DNA from: Octopus vulgaris
Lineage: Eukaryota
DNA length: 64,000 bases
NCBI GenBank assembly: GCA_951406725.2
Contig: OX597816.1
Location: forward strand, 18,600,001-18,664,000
Direction of reading: 5' to 3'
The position numbers and the translations under genes are program-made. How positions within the stretch are numbered: the stretch's first letter is position 1; each line of letters opens with the position of its first letter. The notes beneath the pieces were generated by a model. The model was not told where the DNA came from, made no database searches, and saw only the letters and a list, made by a program, of their open reading frames with translations. Shown here piece after piece: positions 1 to 14,695 of the stretch.

Positions 1-330
1 AATGTATGAACGTATTTTATTCCGAGTCGATAAATACAACACAACTTTAGGCCGAGAGAAATCAATACGTATTTGCTCCAGTTTTGATAAATTCGAATTA
101 ATTTAATCAATTCACATTACTTTCCTCTCAAGTTGATAAAATTGATTTATATAAAATGCTACCTGATAGAAAATACTAAATTTCCCTGACTCATGTTATA
201 TTGCTTATATGCATACAAGAAATGACACGAACAAAAATATATACCTACTTAGAGTTTGTTGACTTCTATTCCATACAACAACTATATAGTTAATACGAGC
301 TGATCGAATAAACTTATATGAAATAAATCA

Positions 331-491
331 GCAAGAGTGGCTGTGTGGTAAGTAGCTTGCTTACGAACCACATGGTTCCGAGTTCAGGCCCACTGCCTGG
401 CACCTTGGGCAAGTGTCTTCTACTATAACCTCGGGCCGACCAAATCGTTGCGAGTGGATTTGGTAGACGGAAACTGAAAAAGGCCGTCGTA

Positions 492-542
<51 letters not shown>

Positions 543-781
543 ATATATGTGTGTGTGTGTATGTATGTGTGCGTTTGTGTGTCTGTGTTTGTTCCCCACA
601 ACATCGCTTGACAACAGATGCTGGTGCGTTTGCGCCCCCGTAATAACTTAGCGGTTCGGTAAAAGAGACCCGTAGAATAAGTACTAGGCTTCCAAAGAAT
701 AAGTCATCGGGTCGATTTGCACGACTAAAGGCGATGCTCCAGCATGGCCGCAGTCAAATGACTACAACAAGTAAAAGAGTA
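331..781 (+). mobile_element. tRNA-derived SINE, family A, with internal (TA)/(TG) microsatellite
   Basis: A-box TGGCTGTGTGG, B-box-like GAGTTCAGGCC, CORE-like GGCACCTTGGGCAAGTGTCTT, tail GCTCCAGCATGGCCGCAGTCAAATGAC..AAGTAAAAGAG; about 10 related copies in the window. Confidence 0.9.
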
Positions 782-1526
782 TATGATACTCTGAACCTCC
801 GCACGAGCACCAACGAAATACTCACTACATCGCCACCCGCCCTGCTAGAAATAGTAGCTAGATTTTTCTCTCAGAACGCATCCTACAATCAAACAAATAA
901 CATATTTAAAGATGTAGATTACGATACACTATTGCAGGGTAAAATGACGCTATAGATAATGATGGAATGGCTTCCATCTTTGGAATGCTCATTCTGTGCT
1001 GAACAACAACACCAATAACTAGTGTCTGCATTACATCTTTAAAAATGCCAAATTCGATTTCGTGTTAAACATTGCACTGTTGATTATATTGCAGTTCAGT
1101 TTGATTACATCATACAATATGTTAGCACGTTTAATATAATCAAATCTGACAGTCTGGTCTAGAGAGAAAAAGCTTTTATATACATTCCAAAATGGAATCC
1201 ATGATATTTCAAAAGTGTACATGATATTAAATATGCATATCAATAACATCACTCCTACGCAAGTTGGAATCCAAATTTCTATGATAATTAGGCTTAGGTA
1301 AGAATACCAGCACAGTTGGATTAAAAGTAAATATGCCTTGCTTTCCTAGATAATCAGGAACGTCACAAATATTTAAGCTTGAATCATCTACACAATATTA
1401 CTTTCTTAGTGTGAGAACATATATATGTTAATCGTTTGTTATAAGTGTGTGATTACCTACCCTTCAACACGAAATACCCGTCCATTCAAAGACAGTTTAT
1501 TCACGCACACGCATCCATACATAAAT

Positions 1527-1529
1527 GTA

Positions 1530-1600
<71 letters not shown>

Positions 1601-1645
1601 CCATCCATCTATCTATCTATCTATCTATGTATCTATGTATCTATG

Positions 1646-1697
<52 letters not shown>

Positions 1698-1725
1698 CAT
1701 CTGTCTGTCTGTCTGTCTGTCTTTC
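1527..1725. repeat. (TATC)n/(TCTG)n microsatellite
   Basis: Direct reading. Confidence 0.95.
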
Positions 1726-1777
1726 TTTCTGTATATGCCTGTTAGTCTATCTGTCTCTCTTCATATATATATAAAAT

Positions 1778-2295
<518 letters not shown>

Positions 2296-3825
2296 CAAGG
2301 GTAATGAGTCCTGGAGGAGTAGTGCTACCAGGAGTAGTGCTAGTGCTAGGGAGACAAAAGTCTAGGTAGATCACCTGGATAAAGGTAAATGATTATTGAG
2401 GGACACGAAATACGCAGTGACACCAGTAAAAACCAGTGATATGTCCAGATGCATCGTAAGATGAAGTGTGAAAAACGTAATGCAGAAATGTTTATTATTT
2501 TTGATAAAACCAGTTCATTAAGATTCTTATTATCTGAATCTAATAAACACATTGCTATCAGTTCCATTTGTTTATATATTATTGGCTATCTCCGAAATGT
2601 TTATCATTGTTTATTCCTTTATATTAGAGATTTTGTTTCAAATTAAAAACGCTTTTCCTTACAGAATGAACGTAATTTTTCTTCGGCGCCAGAGACGTTT
2701 AGTAGAAAGTGGAATAAATCAAAGAGAATAACAAATAAAAGGATGATTTACAAATTTGGTCATCGCGTTGGTTTTGAGGGTTCACAAATCAAGGTGACAT
2801 GCGCACTAAATGGAAACTGTTTCCTTTCTTCCGAATTTGCATTGAAGCTATTTTGAATAGAAACAATGCATTTATATAAGGTGTTTCTGTAATCCTTCTG
2901 TTTTCAGAATCAATCATTTGTTTCAGGCGGATTCATTTGACAAGCATCTATCCCTTTGATGGGTGAAAAACGAGAATTGTCAAGTAAAAGAAATTATCGA
3001 TCGGAATACATTTGGCGAATTCAAAGGCGTCAGCGTGTGATTGGCTATAATCTGTAAACTTATCAACATAAAAATGACTGAACATTTGTTTAAAAACGAT
3101 TATTTATTACATTAGCTTCTAGTTCAATGCATTCGTTTGCAAGTATTATGAGCGTGGGAAACTCCTTATGTTCAATTAGAGTTTGGAAAACGCCCTTACC
3201 CAGATGATGTTCTATTCGCGGTCTTCGATTTAAGAATGTCATTTGAGTGTCTATGATGTAAAACATCGCATTACAAGAACATATTCTCGCATTTGTTATT
3301 CCATTTACTGAACCGTTATTCTCTTCTTCAAATACGCACTTGTTAACACGTGATTTTATAATCAGAATAACATGATGTACAAGTGCAGCATCTTAACGCT
3401 AATTAGTAACCGTAAGGTGTATTCTCATGTTAATTGTGATAGAAAATAATGTAACCGGTTTAATACGAATGTTTATACCTCAAGTAATTTTAAGTGATTT
3501 ATATGAGGAAAAAATTCATCTTCAGAACAGAAGAGAAATTAGAAAGAAAAAATAACGTGTATTTTGTTATTAATTAGAGACCAGCTGTATTAATAAATTC
3601 CAAATCTTTTTTTCTTTTTTTGAAACGAAATGACATTGCAGTATTTCAGCAAAATATATCTAAATGCATATTTATATAAATTGCAGTTTTCTATTGTTAC
3701 ACTTCGTGAGTGCTTTCCGTTTCTCTGAGCTCTTTGTATTCGTTCGCAGTTAAGTCACCGATTTTACGTGCATTCCAAAACCTTATTTTGTGTTTTTTTT
3801 TAACATTGCTTCCTATTGCATACTG

Positions 3826-3892
<67 letters not shown>

Positions 3893-4061
3893 TGATTATG
3901 ATGATGATGATGATAACAATAACAATCATAATAATGATGATAATAATAATAATAATGATGATAATAATAACAATAACAATAATGATGATAATAATAATAA
4001 TAATGATAACAATAACAATAATAATAATGATGTTAATAATAATAATAACATTAACAATAAC

Positions 4062-4125
<64 letters not shown>
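3826..4125. repeat. (AAT)n compound microsatellite
   Basis: Direct reading; source of the poly-I and poly-N ORFs. Confidence 0.95.
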
Positions 4126-4128
<3 letters not shown>

Positions 4129-4677
4129 GCCCTGATTCAGTACCACACGGTGGCTTTTATGGCTTCTCAACTGATTGGAAGTGTTATCATGTACATTGTT
4201 TTGTCTTGGTATAATAGATTGGCTACAGCAAATATTCTGCTCAATAGCAGAGATTTGCTTGTCAGTTGTTTGACCTTAACCATTTGAGCATGTCCCTTGG
4301 TGGCTGACTATATGTGCATCTATGATCACAAGCAGAAGTAGTGGGGGGGCAGCATGGCCGTATGTTGAAAGGAATTCTTAGAGGTTTGGATAATTCTCCA
4401 ATGGAATCATAGGTGGTTCGTTCAACATCCTTAAACAACCCGTATTTAGGGACCTTTTGAGCGAGATGGGCTACTCAACCTGAAGAAAATTCTAACTGGG
4501 CCCCACCTGCAAGGTCATGTGCTGTTTATCTTGATATGAGATCACCATGTCACGCACACATGGTTGTGATGCATGTGCCTGGTGAACCCTTATCAGACGG
4601 GTAGTCATGATGGGTATATTGGGCTTCGTATATTTTACCCCAGTGTCACTTTGATGGCATACACTGCTTTCTCACTC

Positions 4678-4678
<1 letters not shown>
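4126..4678 (+). mobile_element. Non-coding ~550-bp interspersed repeat (family E) inserted in (AAT)n
   Basis: Related copies at 56199-56740 and 28540-28706; all end CTCTCA(C/T)TC-AATAA and sit in AAT/AAC tracts. Confidence 0.8.
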
Positions 4679-4712
<34 letters not shown>

Positions 4713-4756
4713 TAATAGTAATAGTAATAGTAATAGTAATAATAATAATAATAATG

Positions 4757-4803
<47 letters not shown>

Positions 4804-4830
4804 TATAATAATAATAATAATAATAATAAT

Positions 4831-5876
4831 CAAAACACGAGCAAAACAAAAAACTGTTCTCAGTATTTAAGGAAGCTGACAAATACAAACAAGAAATCAT
4901 ACCACCTAATAAATATGGAGAAGAAGAAGAAGAAGATGATGAAGAAACAACAAAAGCTATAAAACAAATGAAATCCAAACTAAAAATAGAACAGCAACGA
5001 ACCATGATAAAACGATGGCAAGAAAAGCCCCTTCATGGTAAATACTGGACTAAACTAAACGCAAAAGAAATTGACAAAGAAAAATCCCAGCAATGGTTGA
5101 GAAGCTCAGGACTCAAAGCAGAGACAGAAGGATTTTTAATTGCAGCACAAGACCAAAGCCACCCCACCAGAAATTATCAAAAACATGTAATGAAAAGAAA
5201 TATAACAAGTAGCTGCAGAATATGTGGAGATGGACAAGAAACAATAAATCATATTATCTCTAGCTGCCCAGTCCTGGCTAAAAAGGAATATATTCACAGA
5301 CATGACAGATTTGGAACCTACATACAATGGAAGCTATGCCAACATTATGGAATAACAACAGAAATAAGATGGTATAGACACACACCAGAAAAGGTTACAG
5401 AAAAGGAGGAATCAGCCATACTCTGGGATATGCCGATACACACAGATAGAGAAATTAAGGCCAACAGACCAGATATAGTTGTCAGAGATCATGAAGAAAA
5501 AATTCTTTCTAATTGATGTATCAATACCGGCAAATGACAACGTGTCTCTAAAAGAAATGAAGAAACTCTCAAAATACAAAGACCTGGAAACAGAGGTAAC
5601 CAGAATGTGGAATCTAAAAACAGAAACAATTCTTATAGTAGGTGCATTAGGCATGATAAAAAAATATTCAGACAAATACATAACAAAAACACCAGGACTT
5701 ACAAACACATATAACATACAGAAAATTGCACTACTAGGCACTGCACACATCCTACGCAGAACACTTTCCATACAATAACCATCAGAGCATCACAACAAAT
5801 CACAGCACATACCTAAGGCACACAGAGCTGCGCTCGGTAGTGAAGTGAAAGCACGCTACAAAAACAAAACTACTGA
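4831..5876 (+). mobile_element. 5'-truncated R4/Dong-like non-LTR retrotransposon (CCHC knuckle plus restriction-like endonuclease)
   Basis: ORFs 4968-5516 and 5479-5778: LHGKY, AAQDQ, CRIC..ETINHIISSC, RHD, ANRPDIVV..IDVSIP..K..KY.DL, IQKIALLGTAHILRR; frameshift in the A-run near 5500; (AAT)n on both flanks. Confidence 0.9.
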
Positions 5877-6249
5877 ATAATAATAATAATAATAATAATT
5901 TTATTCCGATGGAGGTCAATTTTGCTTTTCTTCCTTTCGGGGTCGATAAAATAAGCACCGTTTGAACACTGGGGTTGATGTAATTATTCCTCCCCTGCCC
6001 TAGAAATTACTGGCAGGTTGCCAAAGTTTGAAACCAATATTAATTTATTTCATTTTTCCTGATACTGTTTTTTTCTATATAATCAGTATTTATGTATTGT
6101 TCTAGGAAGAATGATGTGCTCAATAGGCAATTATTTGAAATCCATTCTCACATTTTCAAATGGAACAGAAGCAAGTTATGCACTCATGTTTATCACGCTG
6201 CCATACAACGGTGAGCGTCTTCTGGTAAGGAAATAATAATCATCAATTT

Positions 6250-6655
6250 ATTTATTTACTACTGCCCACAGGGGGATAAGCATAGAAGGGACAAATAAGG
6301 ACAGACAAAGGGATTAACTCGATTACATCGACGGCAGTGCGTAACTGGTACTTGATTTATCGACCCCGAAAGATGAAAGGAAAAGTCGGCCTCGGCGGAA
6401 TTTGAACTCAGAACCTAGCGCAGACGAAATACCTATTTCTTTACTACCCACAAGGGGCTAAACGCAGAGGGGACAAACAAACGGATTAAGTCGATTACAT
6501 CGACCCCTGTGCGTAACTGGTGCTTAATTTATCGATTCCGAAAGCATGAAAGGCAAAGTCGACCTCAGCGCAATTTGAACTCAGAACGTAGCGGCAGACG
6601 AAATACCGCTAAGCATTTCGCCCGGCGTGCTAACGTTTCTGCCAGCTCGCCGCCC
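6250..6655 (-). mobile_element. tRNA-derived SINE family B, two tandem units
   Basis: Head GGCGAGCTGGCAGAAACGTTAGC, B-box GAGTTCAAATTCC; flanking direct repeat ATAATCATCA. Confidence 0.9.
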
Positions 6656-7028
6656 TATAATCATCACTTTATTAGTGCATGTTTAAACTACGTTAAGTAT
6701 AAAAGGTATTTTTGAAATAAAACACTGATCTTATAAGATTCAGCGTGAAATGAAATCAGAACCGAGTAGCTCCATATTGCAACGTATTTATTTCATCTGT
6801 ATACAATGAAGTTAACTAAGGAACTAGATGATCGGACATGTTGCGCGTTAGATGCTGAATACCTTCCGTTGTTCACAGACTAACTTTATGTTAGACTTAA
6901 TATGTCACACATTTTCAGAAGGTCACATGGCACGTTACATGTCTTTAGCATACTCTGATGTGTTACAAGCATTTGAGATAGTTTCTAGAATGATTAGACA
7001 ATCTACCATCCTTTAATTACTCTTGAGT

Positions 7029-7355
7029 GAGGGCGCGTGGCTTAGTGGTTAGGGCATTCGGCTAATGATCGTAAGGTTGTGAGTTCGATTCCCGGCGACG
7101 CGTTGTGTCCTTGAGCAAGACACTTTATTTCACGTTGCTCCAGTCCACTCAGCTGGCAAAAATGAGTTGTACTTGTATTTCAAAGGGTCAGCCTTGTCAC
7201 TCTCTGTGTCACGCTGATTATCCCCGAGAACTACGTTAAGGGTACACGTGTCTGTGGAATGCTCAGCCATTTGCACGTTAATTTCACGAGCAAGCTGTTC
7301 CGTTGATCGTATCAGCTGGGACCCTCGTCGTCGTAACCGGCGGAGTCTTTTTTTA
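7029..7355 (+). mobile_element. tRNA-derived SINE, head D with tail 1
   Basis: A-box TGGCTTAGTGG, B-box GAGTTCGATTCC, central TGTGTCCTTGAGCAAGACACTT; 13-bp TSD TAATTACTCTTGA (7014-7026/7356-7368). Confidence 0.9.
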
Positions 7356-8596
7356 TAATTACTCTTGACATACGCATCGGTACTCATTTCTTCCTGGATT
7401 AAAGGACAAAATAAATATTCTTTATAAAACAGGAGACACAAATTTAAAAAATTCTATAACTTAACTATAATTATAACTTATATATTATATCATAGATATA
7501 ATATAAATATACAGCTGGTGAAAATGTTTTCTCTTGGTAAAAACTATATGCTATGTACAATCACCGACGAATGCTCACGTTACTTATAGTGCACTACCTG
7601 TCATGCGACCTAAGTTTTGCGGCAGTACCTCATTCTCTAGACGGCAGAAGTACATTGATTAATTCTGGCTGATTTCATTCACCTACCACTCTTAAATCAA
7701 CATTTTTGATTGCTAGATTTAGCACTTATTATTCCAACATGCATTCCATCCTAAACTTGTAAACTTCAGCAAATCCCTTCCGTCAAAGATTTCCATAAAC
7801 TTGTCGTACATAAGTTTAAGTCATCCATCACCCACGTCAATCACTTCCAATATTGGTCTGCCTGGAATCGACAAAGTTATTGCCTGTCATCATCTGTCTA
7901 ATATATGAACAATATAAATTAAAGCTATTCAAAGTGAAAAGTTGCGCATTCATAGAGACCTTGTAAATCCATAATAAAACGGTTTCATCTAGCGTTGGCC
8001 CACACCACATAAATAACATAAATAGCCTCTGTTAATTACATCATTACAAAAGCTCTTCCGAAGAATGATTACAGCTGCATACAATTTTCTTTACTCTTTT
8101 GTTTACGAGATAAATGATAGCAAACTTTAACTACTTGCGTGCAGTATAATTAATTTTATGGATCAAGTTACTTTACCATAAATGTTTATTCTCATGAATA
8201 GTTCAATAAAAACAATACAATTATTCTCATTTACTTTATCGTTTTAGATTATCTCTCGATCATTTAAACAATTTTTTAAAAGGTTTGGACTTCAGTATCA
8301 AAGTTGGCTGTCATCACTATGAAGAAAAAATATCACCACTTTGAAGATTTAATTCATTTAAATCCGGGTTGCATTGTAACTAATTTCAATGCCTGTACGG
8401 ATAGAAAGAAAATTGAAGCGATTACTTTTATTTAAATACGTTATTGTTATTCGTAATGTAAATGAATGTAAGCGCCATGAAATTCTAAATTTGCATCCGT
8501 TACTCGATCACGTTTACAGTAATATACTTTGCTAATGCCATTTCTTTAAATTTCGCATCGTATATATCTTCCGAATCTGTATATTGTAAATACAAA

Positions 8597-9014
8597 GGCA
8601 GCGAGCTGGCAGAAACGTTAGTACGCCAGGCGAAATGCTTAGCGGCATTTCGTCTGCCGTTACGTTCCGAGTTCAAATTCCGCCGAGGTCGACTTTGCCT
8701 TTCATCGTTTTGGAGGTCGATAAATTAAGTACCAGTTACGCACTGGGGACGATGTAAATGACTTAATACCTATTTCTGTACATGTTTGTCCCCTCTATGT
8801 TTAGCCCCTTGTGGGTAATAAAGAAATAGGTATTTCATCTGCCGTAACGTTCTGAGTTCAAATTCCGCCGACGTCGACTTTGCCTTTCATCCTTTCGGAG
8901 GTCGATAAATTAAGTACCAGTTACGCACTGGGGTCGATATAATCGACTTAATCTGTCTGTCTGTCCTTGTTTGTCCTCTTTGTGTTTAGCCCCTTGTGGG
9001 TAGTAAAGAAATAG
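8597..9014 (+). mobile_element. SINE family B, two tandem units within one TSD
   Basis: 17-bp TSD TGTATATTGTAAATACA (8578-8594/9020-9036). Confidence 0.9.
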
Positions 9015-9489
9015 TTATATGTATATTGTAAATACAGAGTACACACAGACACACACACACACACACACACACATTCACACTCGTACGTACACACGTCCCC
9101 ACATACACACATTCACACATACACACAGAGAAGCTGGAGCATAGATGTTACGATACATGAATAGTAGCTGACGGTTTGAGCCAGGTATAGATCGCGAAGC
9201 ATAATAAATTCCAGTCTAGTATCGAATGTAGAAGTGCCACTGTTCTTATGGTTTGAGCTGTGTTTCGAAATCAATAATTCATAAACGTATTTCGAATTAA
9301 TGCTCTTGCTTATGAAAAGAATGGAATAGTGCAATTCTATGAATATCTATAGAATTCCGATGTTGAGATCTCTGTTTGAGCCTATACGCAAGTCTATACA
9401 AAATGCTTGGGTTCATCAGATATAATATCAACGAAGAAACGTAAGAAAATAGCGAAAAAACGATAATGGGCATATCTAAGCAAAGTGGG

Positions 9490-9790
9490 TGGAGATATAT
9501 GGCCTAGTGGTTAGAGCAGCGGACAAGCGGTCGAGAGTTCGCAGGTTCGAATCTCAAACGGGGCGACGTGTGTGTTTATGAGCGAAACACCTAAGCTCCA
9601 GGCGGCACCGACAGAAGGTAATGGCGAACTTCTACTGACACTTTCGCCACAAATTTCTGTCACTCTTTCCTCCTGCATCTAGCAGCTCACCTGCGACGGA
9701 CCGGCGTCCCATCCAGGTGGGGAACTTATACGCCAATGAAACCGGGAGACCCGCCCTAATGAGCCAGTCATGGCTCAAGAAGGAACCAAA
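9490..9790 (+). mobile_element. SINE, head C with tail 2
   Basis: TGGCCTAGTGG/GGTTCGAATCT boxes; body GAGCGAAACACCTAAGCTCCA; tail GGACCGGCGTCCC..GAAACCGGGA..ATGAGCC. Confidence 0.8.
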
Positions 9791-9967
9791 AGAAAAGCAA
9801 AAATAAAATGTAGGAATTGGAAGTTTCGGTGAAGTTTATTCTTTCTCATATTAAATAAGTTCTTCTAACCATATCGTTGAGTAGTGTTTTTAAAATGTGG
9901 TGCGAGAGTGAACTACATTAGGGGAGCGAAAATATTTAATAATTAGTTTTTATAACAGTGATTGTGT

Positions 9968-10210
9968 AGGCACGTGGCTTAGTGGTTAGGGTATCAGCAT
10001 CATGACCGTCAGATTGTGGTTTCGATTCCTCGACAGAGCGATGCGTTGTGTTCTTGAGCAAGACACTTCATTTCACGTTGTTCCAGTCCATTCAGCTGGC
10101 AAAAATGAGTAACACTGCGATGGACTGGCGTCCCTTCCACCTGGGTAACGCATGTGCCATAGAAACCAGGGAACCGGACCCATGAGCCTGAATAGTCTTT
10201 AAAAGGGCAC
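9968..10210 (+). mobile_element. SINE, head D with tail 2
   Basis: Head as at 7029, tail as at 9690-9785. Confidence 0.8.
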
Positions 10211-11571
10211 ATTTATTTTATTTTTAAAACAGTGATTAAAATGTTTTAGCATCAGTCTTTCTTCAGCCAAGAGAACGAGAGAGGAATACCACCGTTTAAT
10301 GTAGACTGGTATAAGTAAGGAAAGGCTAATAACTTGGACCCATGAATATACTACATAATACACAATACATAAAAGAACATTAAATACTACATAATAAGAC
10401 AAACAAAAGACAACAGTGCAGGCGAAGACCGTACAGCATCAATACAAAACATTATATAAAAAAGAGTAACAATAGAAAAAGGTGTCGTGCAGCGTAATTT
10501 CACATGGGAGCTATGAAATGTGAAATAAAGAGAATTGACATGCGGAGTGTAAGGAAATAGGATGAATAAGACCTTTGCTTTATGACATTCCACGGTATTG
10601 AACATCAAAAGTAATTCCGTTACATTTTAAAGGATTTCATCGAAAATATGTTCTCCGATGAATACTTCTCTGGAGTAAAATTTTATGTAAAGGAAAAAAT
10701 AGTCAATTTTATGTTATTAGGTATATACAGGCTACAAGACGTATAGACATGTCTCTATTTTGTTCGAACCACAATAGGAACAAATGAAATGCAATTCATA
10801 CACGAATACTGAAGCTCATACAGAAAAGAACACGCTTACAAACAAACACACATTGTGTTAGAATAAATTGGTTTTATTTAATTCCCACCAATACCCGCGT
10901 TTGGAAATGGGTTTCTCGATTTCCGTTGTGTTAAAAATGAAACATAAAACAAAAACAAAAAATAAAAACAAGCAAATATAACATAAAAAAAAAATATTTT
11001 TTCTTTCCTTTGTTAAAATTGCCTGCACAACTTCATACAGTATTCAGATCTTGAATATCCAATGGCACATTCATATTCAATAGGAGTATTTTTGCCGACC
11101 AATCAAATTACGAATGCGTCTCCACATTGATCTTCGAATTATAATACTTCAGTCCTACCTTGGGAACATCGAATCATGCAAATTGCATTAATTTCCCTCA
11201 TATGGAATATTTTTTTTTTGATTCTTTGAAGAAGCAGTATATATTGTTTGTGGGTACATAACTATTAATTTACAATGCGGTAGTATGCATATAATTATAA
11301 GCTACCTTCGCTATCGATTCTTTCTCCCTTTTTATTCTTCAGAATCACAATTCGCTTTTATCATTGCAATACACTTTAGTTTACTTGCTGATAAATCATG
11401 AAAGCATATCTCGGTATTTTGCGAGCATAATAGACGCATTGTTATTTCTATGATAATTTTCTTAATATTCTTTGCCAATAATTCGTTTGAAACATGAGTG
11501 AAAAGCTAAGGGGAACATTTAAAAACAGTAGCTTGATGTATATCTCTATACCTGCATGTGTATACATACAA

Positions 11572-11603
<32 letters not shown>

Positions 11604-11768
11604 GTATATGCACACGCACACACCACACATACATATGTGCATATATAAATATGTGTGTGTGCTTCTGTGTGCAAGTGTATGTGTATCGTGTGCGTCTCAC
11701 ATCTTCTTCTCTATCGTTCTCTCTGTCTACAGACAAACATATATATATACCTACATGCATACATACGT

Positions 11769-11811
<43 letters not shown>

Positions 11812-12419
11812 CATTTATGTCTATACATGTATGTCTTTTTGTGTGTAGTATGTATGTGTCAGTGTGTGTGCGTACATATGTGTATGTGTATGCGTGTGTG
11901 TATGTGCGTGTGTAGATGTGCGTGTGTCTATGCGTGTGCGTATGAATTGTGGCTTGGGAAATCAATGACCTCGATTTTGTCCGATATGTCTTCTCCATTG
12001 AACCTGATGTTGTGTAATAATCATGTAAGAAATATTGATAAATAACGCTGCTGTTATCCTCTCTGCAGCGCATCTTGATGTGGGTTAATTTTCTAAGGTG
12101 TCTCTGGAGCCCTCAATGCATACAAGTGGTAATCGTTAGAGATTATCCGACGCAACCCAAGAAAATATTGTATTAATATTTCACTAATAAACGCGAACCT
12201 AAAAGAAGTAAAGCGATTGACAAAGGGCCTCAGCATTCGGAAGGCATTGAGTAAAATGACTAAGAAGTGATGGCTGTGGAATTGGCCTATTTATTTACTA
12301 ACATGTAAGTCAAGTTAATTTTGAAACGGCTCAGTCCTGTTGTAGATCTTTTCCAAACTTGACACAATTGTAAATACAAACACGCACGCGCAATCACAGA
12401 CACATATAGGACGAATATT

Positions 12420-12570
12420 TTTCAATTTCCGTCCACCAATTCCACTCACAAGGCTTTGGTCGGCTCGTGGCTATAGTAGAAGACACTTGTCCAAGGTAAC
12501 ACGCAGTAGGCCCAAACCGGGAACCATGTGGTATGGAAGCAAACTTTTTACTATGCAGTCACGCCTGTGG

Positions 12571-12572
<2 letters not shown>
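12420..12572 (-). mobile_element. SINE family A, 5' half
   Basis: Similarity to 331-490. Confidence 0.8.
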
Positions 12573-12624
<52 letters not shown>

Positions 12625-12954
12625 TTGTGTGTGTGTGTATGTGTGTGGGTGCTGTGCACGTTCAGTATATTTGAAATCACTTGTGTACGCTATTCTTCAA
12701 TTCAAACGCCAATATTCATAGTCTCACCATCAATATTTCTACGATATCATAGCCTCATCATCAGGATAACAAGTTGGTGTCTTGACTTACGCAGTTTGCT
12801 AGAGAAATGCAGAGATGTGCATCGAGTTATATTTACTGACCTGTAGATTTATATGTCACTAGAGGAGAACATTTTGTTTGTGAATTGTTTGCGTTGCTTG
12901 TATATTTATTTTCAAACTATACCCTGTTATTTGTCAATAATCATTTACGTTTAA

Positions 12955-13170
12955 AGCGATGTACTAGCAGGATCATGAGGGCGCCGGGTAAAATGCTTAG
13001 CGGTGTTTTGTCCGTCTTTACGTTCTGCATTCAGATTTCGCCGAGGTTGACTCTGGCTTTCAATACTTCTGGTTCTATAAAATAAGTGGCAGTCAAGCTC
13101 TGGAGTTGATACAATCGACTCTCCCTTCCCCTGTAATTCCTGGCCTATTGCCAAAATTTGAAAACCAATG
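12955..13170 (+). mobile_element. Diverged SINE family B variant (tail ..AAATTTGAAA(A)CCAAT)
   Basis: B-type head/body; same alternative tail at 5910-6040, 17855-18055, 42462-42670 and ~50350-50460 (minus). Confidence 0.7.
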
Positions 13171-13738
13171 ATTACCTAATTTTGTTTCTTCTAATGCATT
13201 GCTAACTAGATGCACGGTTTTGTGCTTTGAAAATGTTTCTTACCGATGGCATGGTAAAGTGTTGAAAATGCGTCGTAATTGTATGACCAGCGTAAAAACT
13301 TCAGTAGTGAACTATAAAATTCTACGATTGCCACCGTCTATATAAACCAATCTTGTCATAAGTAGCTTGTTGGTAGATTGGCGTGCGTGTGAAGTAAAGA
13401 TAAAAATAATTTATTTCAGTGTTTTACTCACACGAGAAGTAGATCCTCATTTGGCGCTATGAAATTTCTATTTTCTTTTCATGTGTCCATCTCTCCTATG
13501 GTTAATGTTCATATGATGCATATAATTCAACTTACACTGTGTGTAATTTTTGTAACAGGACCAGTGTCTGCAGTATTATTAGTTGTATATATGGCTGAGT
13601 TTAAAATTGTGAGTTGTCAGAATCGTAAGCATACCTGACAAAAGCTTTAGCGGCCTTTCATTTGAATTTACATTCTCTGTTCAAATTCCGCTGTGAACGA
13701 ATCTGCCTTTCGTCCCTTCTGGATCAATAAAAATGGGA

Positions 13739-14101
13739 TGGAAGCACTCCGTCGGTTACGACGACGAGGGTTCCGGTTGATTCGATCAACGGAACAGCTT
13801 GCTCGTGAAATTAACGTGTAAGTGCCTGAGCACTCCACAGACACGTGTACCCTTAACGTAGTTCTCGGTGATATTCAGCGTGACACAGAGAGTGACAAGG
13901 CCGGCCCTTTGAAATACAGGTACAACAGAAACAAGAAGTAAGAGTGAGAGAAAGTTGTGGTGAAAGAGTGCAGCAGGGATCACCACTATCCCTGCCGGTG
14001 CCTCGTGGAGCTTTAGGTGTTTTCGCTCAATAAACACTCTCAACGCCCGGTCTGGGAATCGAAACCGCGATCCTATGACCGCGATTCCGCTGCCCTAACC
14101 A
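13739..14101 (-). mobile_element. SINE, head C with tail 1
   Basis: Near-identical to 38984-39367 and 45376-45761. Confidence 0.9.
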
Positions 14102-14381
14102 ATATTCAAAAAAGTACTAGGCAAGCACCAGTGTGGATGTAATCGATGACCCCGCCCCCTCCACAATTTCAGGTTTTCTGTATAAAGTAGAATGCACACA
14201 TGTCTCAGTTTGTTGCGTTGCTTAGTGCACTCATGTCCTGGTGTATCGGAGCAGGGTTGCCGTTTCTACAGTGTACCTTGGACGTATAATCCCTGAAAAC
14301 CTCGTTCTAATCATATTGGTAAGCAAGCTACTTACCACACAGCCACTCCATTTTATAATTTGTATGTATATATTATATTAT

Positions 14382-14695
14382 GTGGAGGCGCAATGGCCCA
14401 GTGGTTAAGGCAGCGGACTCGCGGGCGTAGGATCGCGGTTTCGATTCCCAGACCGGGCGTTGTGGGTGTTTATTGAGCGAAAACACCTAAAGCTCCACGA
14501 GGCTCCGGCAGAGGGTGGTGGCAATCCCTGCTGTACTCTTTCGCCACAACTTTCTCTCACACTTTCTTCTGTTGGCCTGCTCGCTTAGCCAGCGGGGTGG
14601 CGTCATTTGAAGGTTAAAAACAATGCAAAGCGCATTGTGACCAGCGATGTGTAGCAACATCTGATAGCCTGGTCGGTCACTGTGATCACGGTGAT
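14382..14695 (+). mobile_element. SINE, head C with tail 3, inserted in a pogo-type MITE remnant
   Basis: Head TGGAGGCGCAATGGCCCAGTGG; tail GGCCTGCTCGCTTAGCCAGCGGGG also at 29898-30008; flanks 14350-14380 and 14698-14790 match MITE 17560-17680. Confidence 0.85.

Noticed and set aside
1031-1252. GPCR TM6-TM7-like ORF (ISWIPF..IINSAMF)
   Set aside because: No other GPCR helices nearby; the flanking peptides fit a TLR remnant better. Both readings remain weak.
13559-13615. Other AG..GT exon-like snippets (also near 33357 and 49343)
   Set aside because: Such splice-like signals are expected by chance in AT-rich DNA; no coding support.
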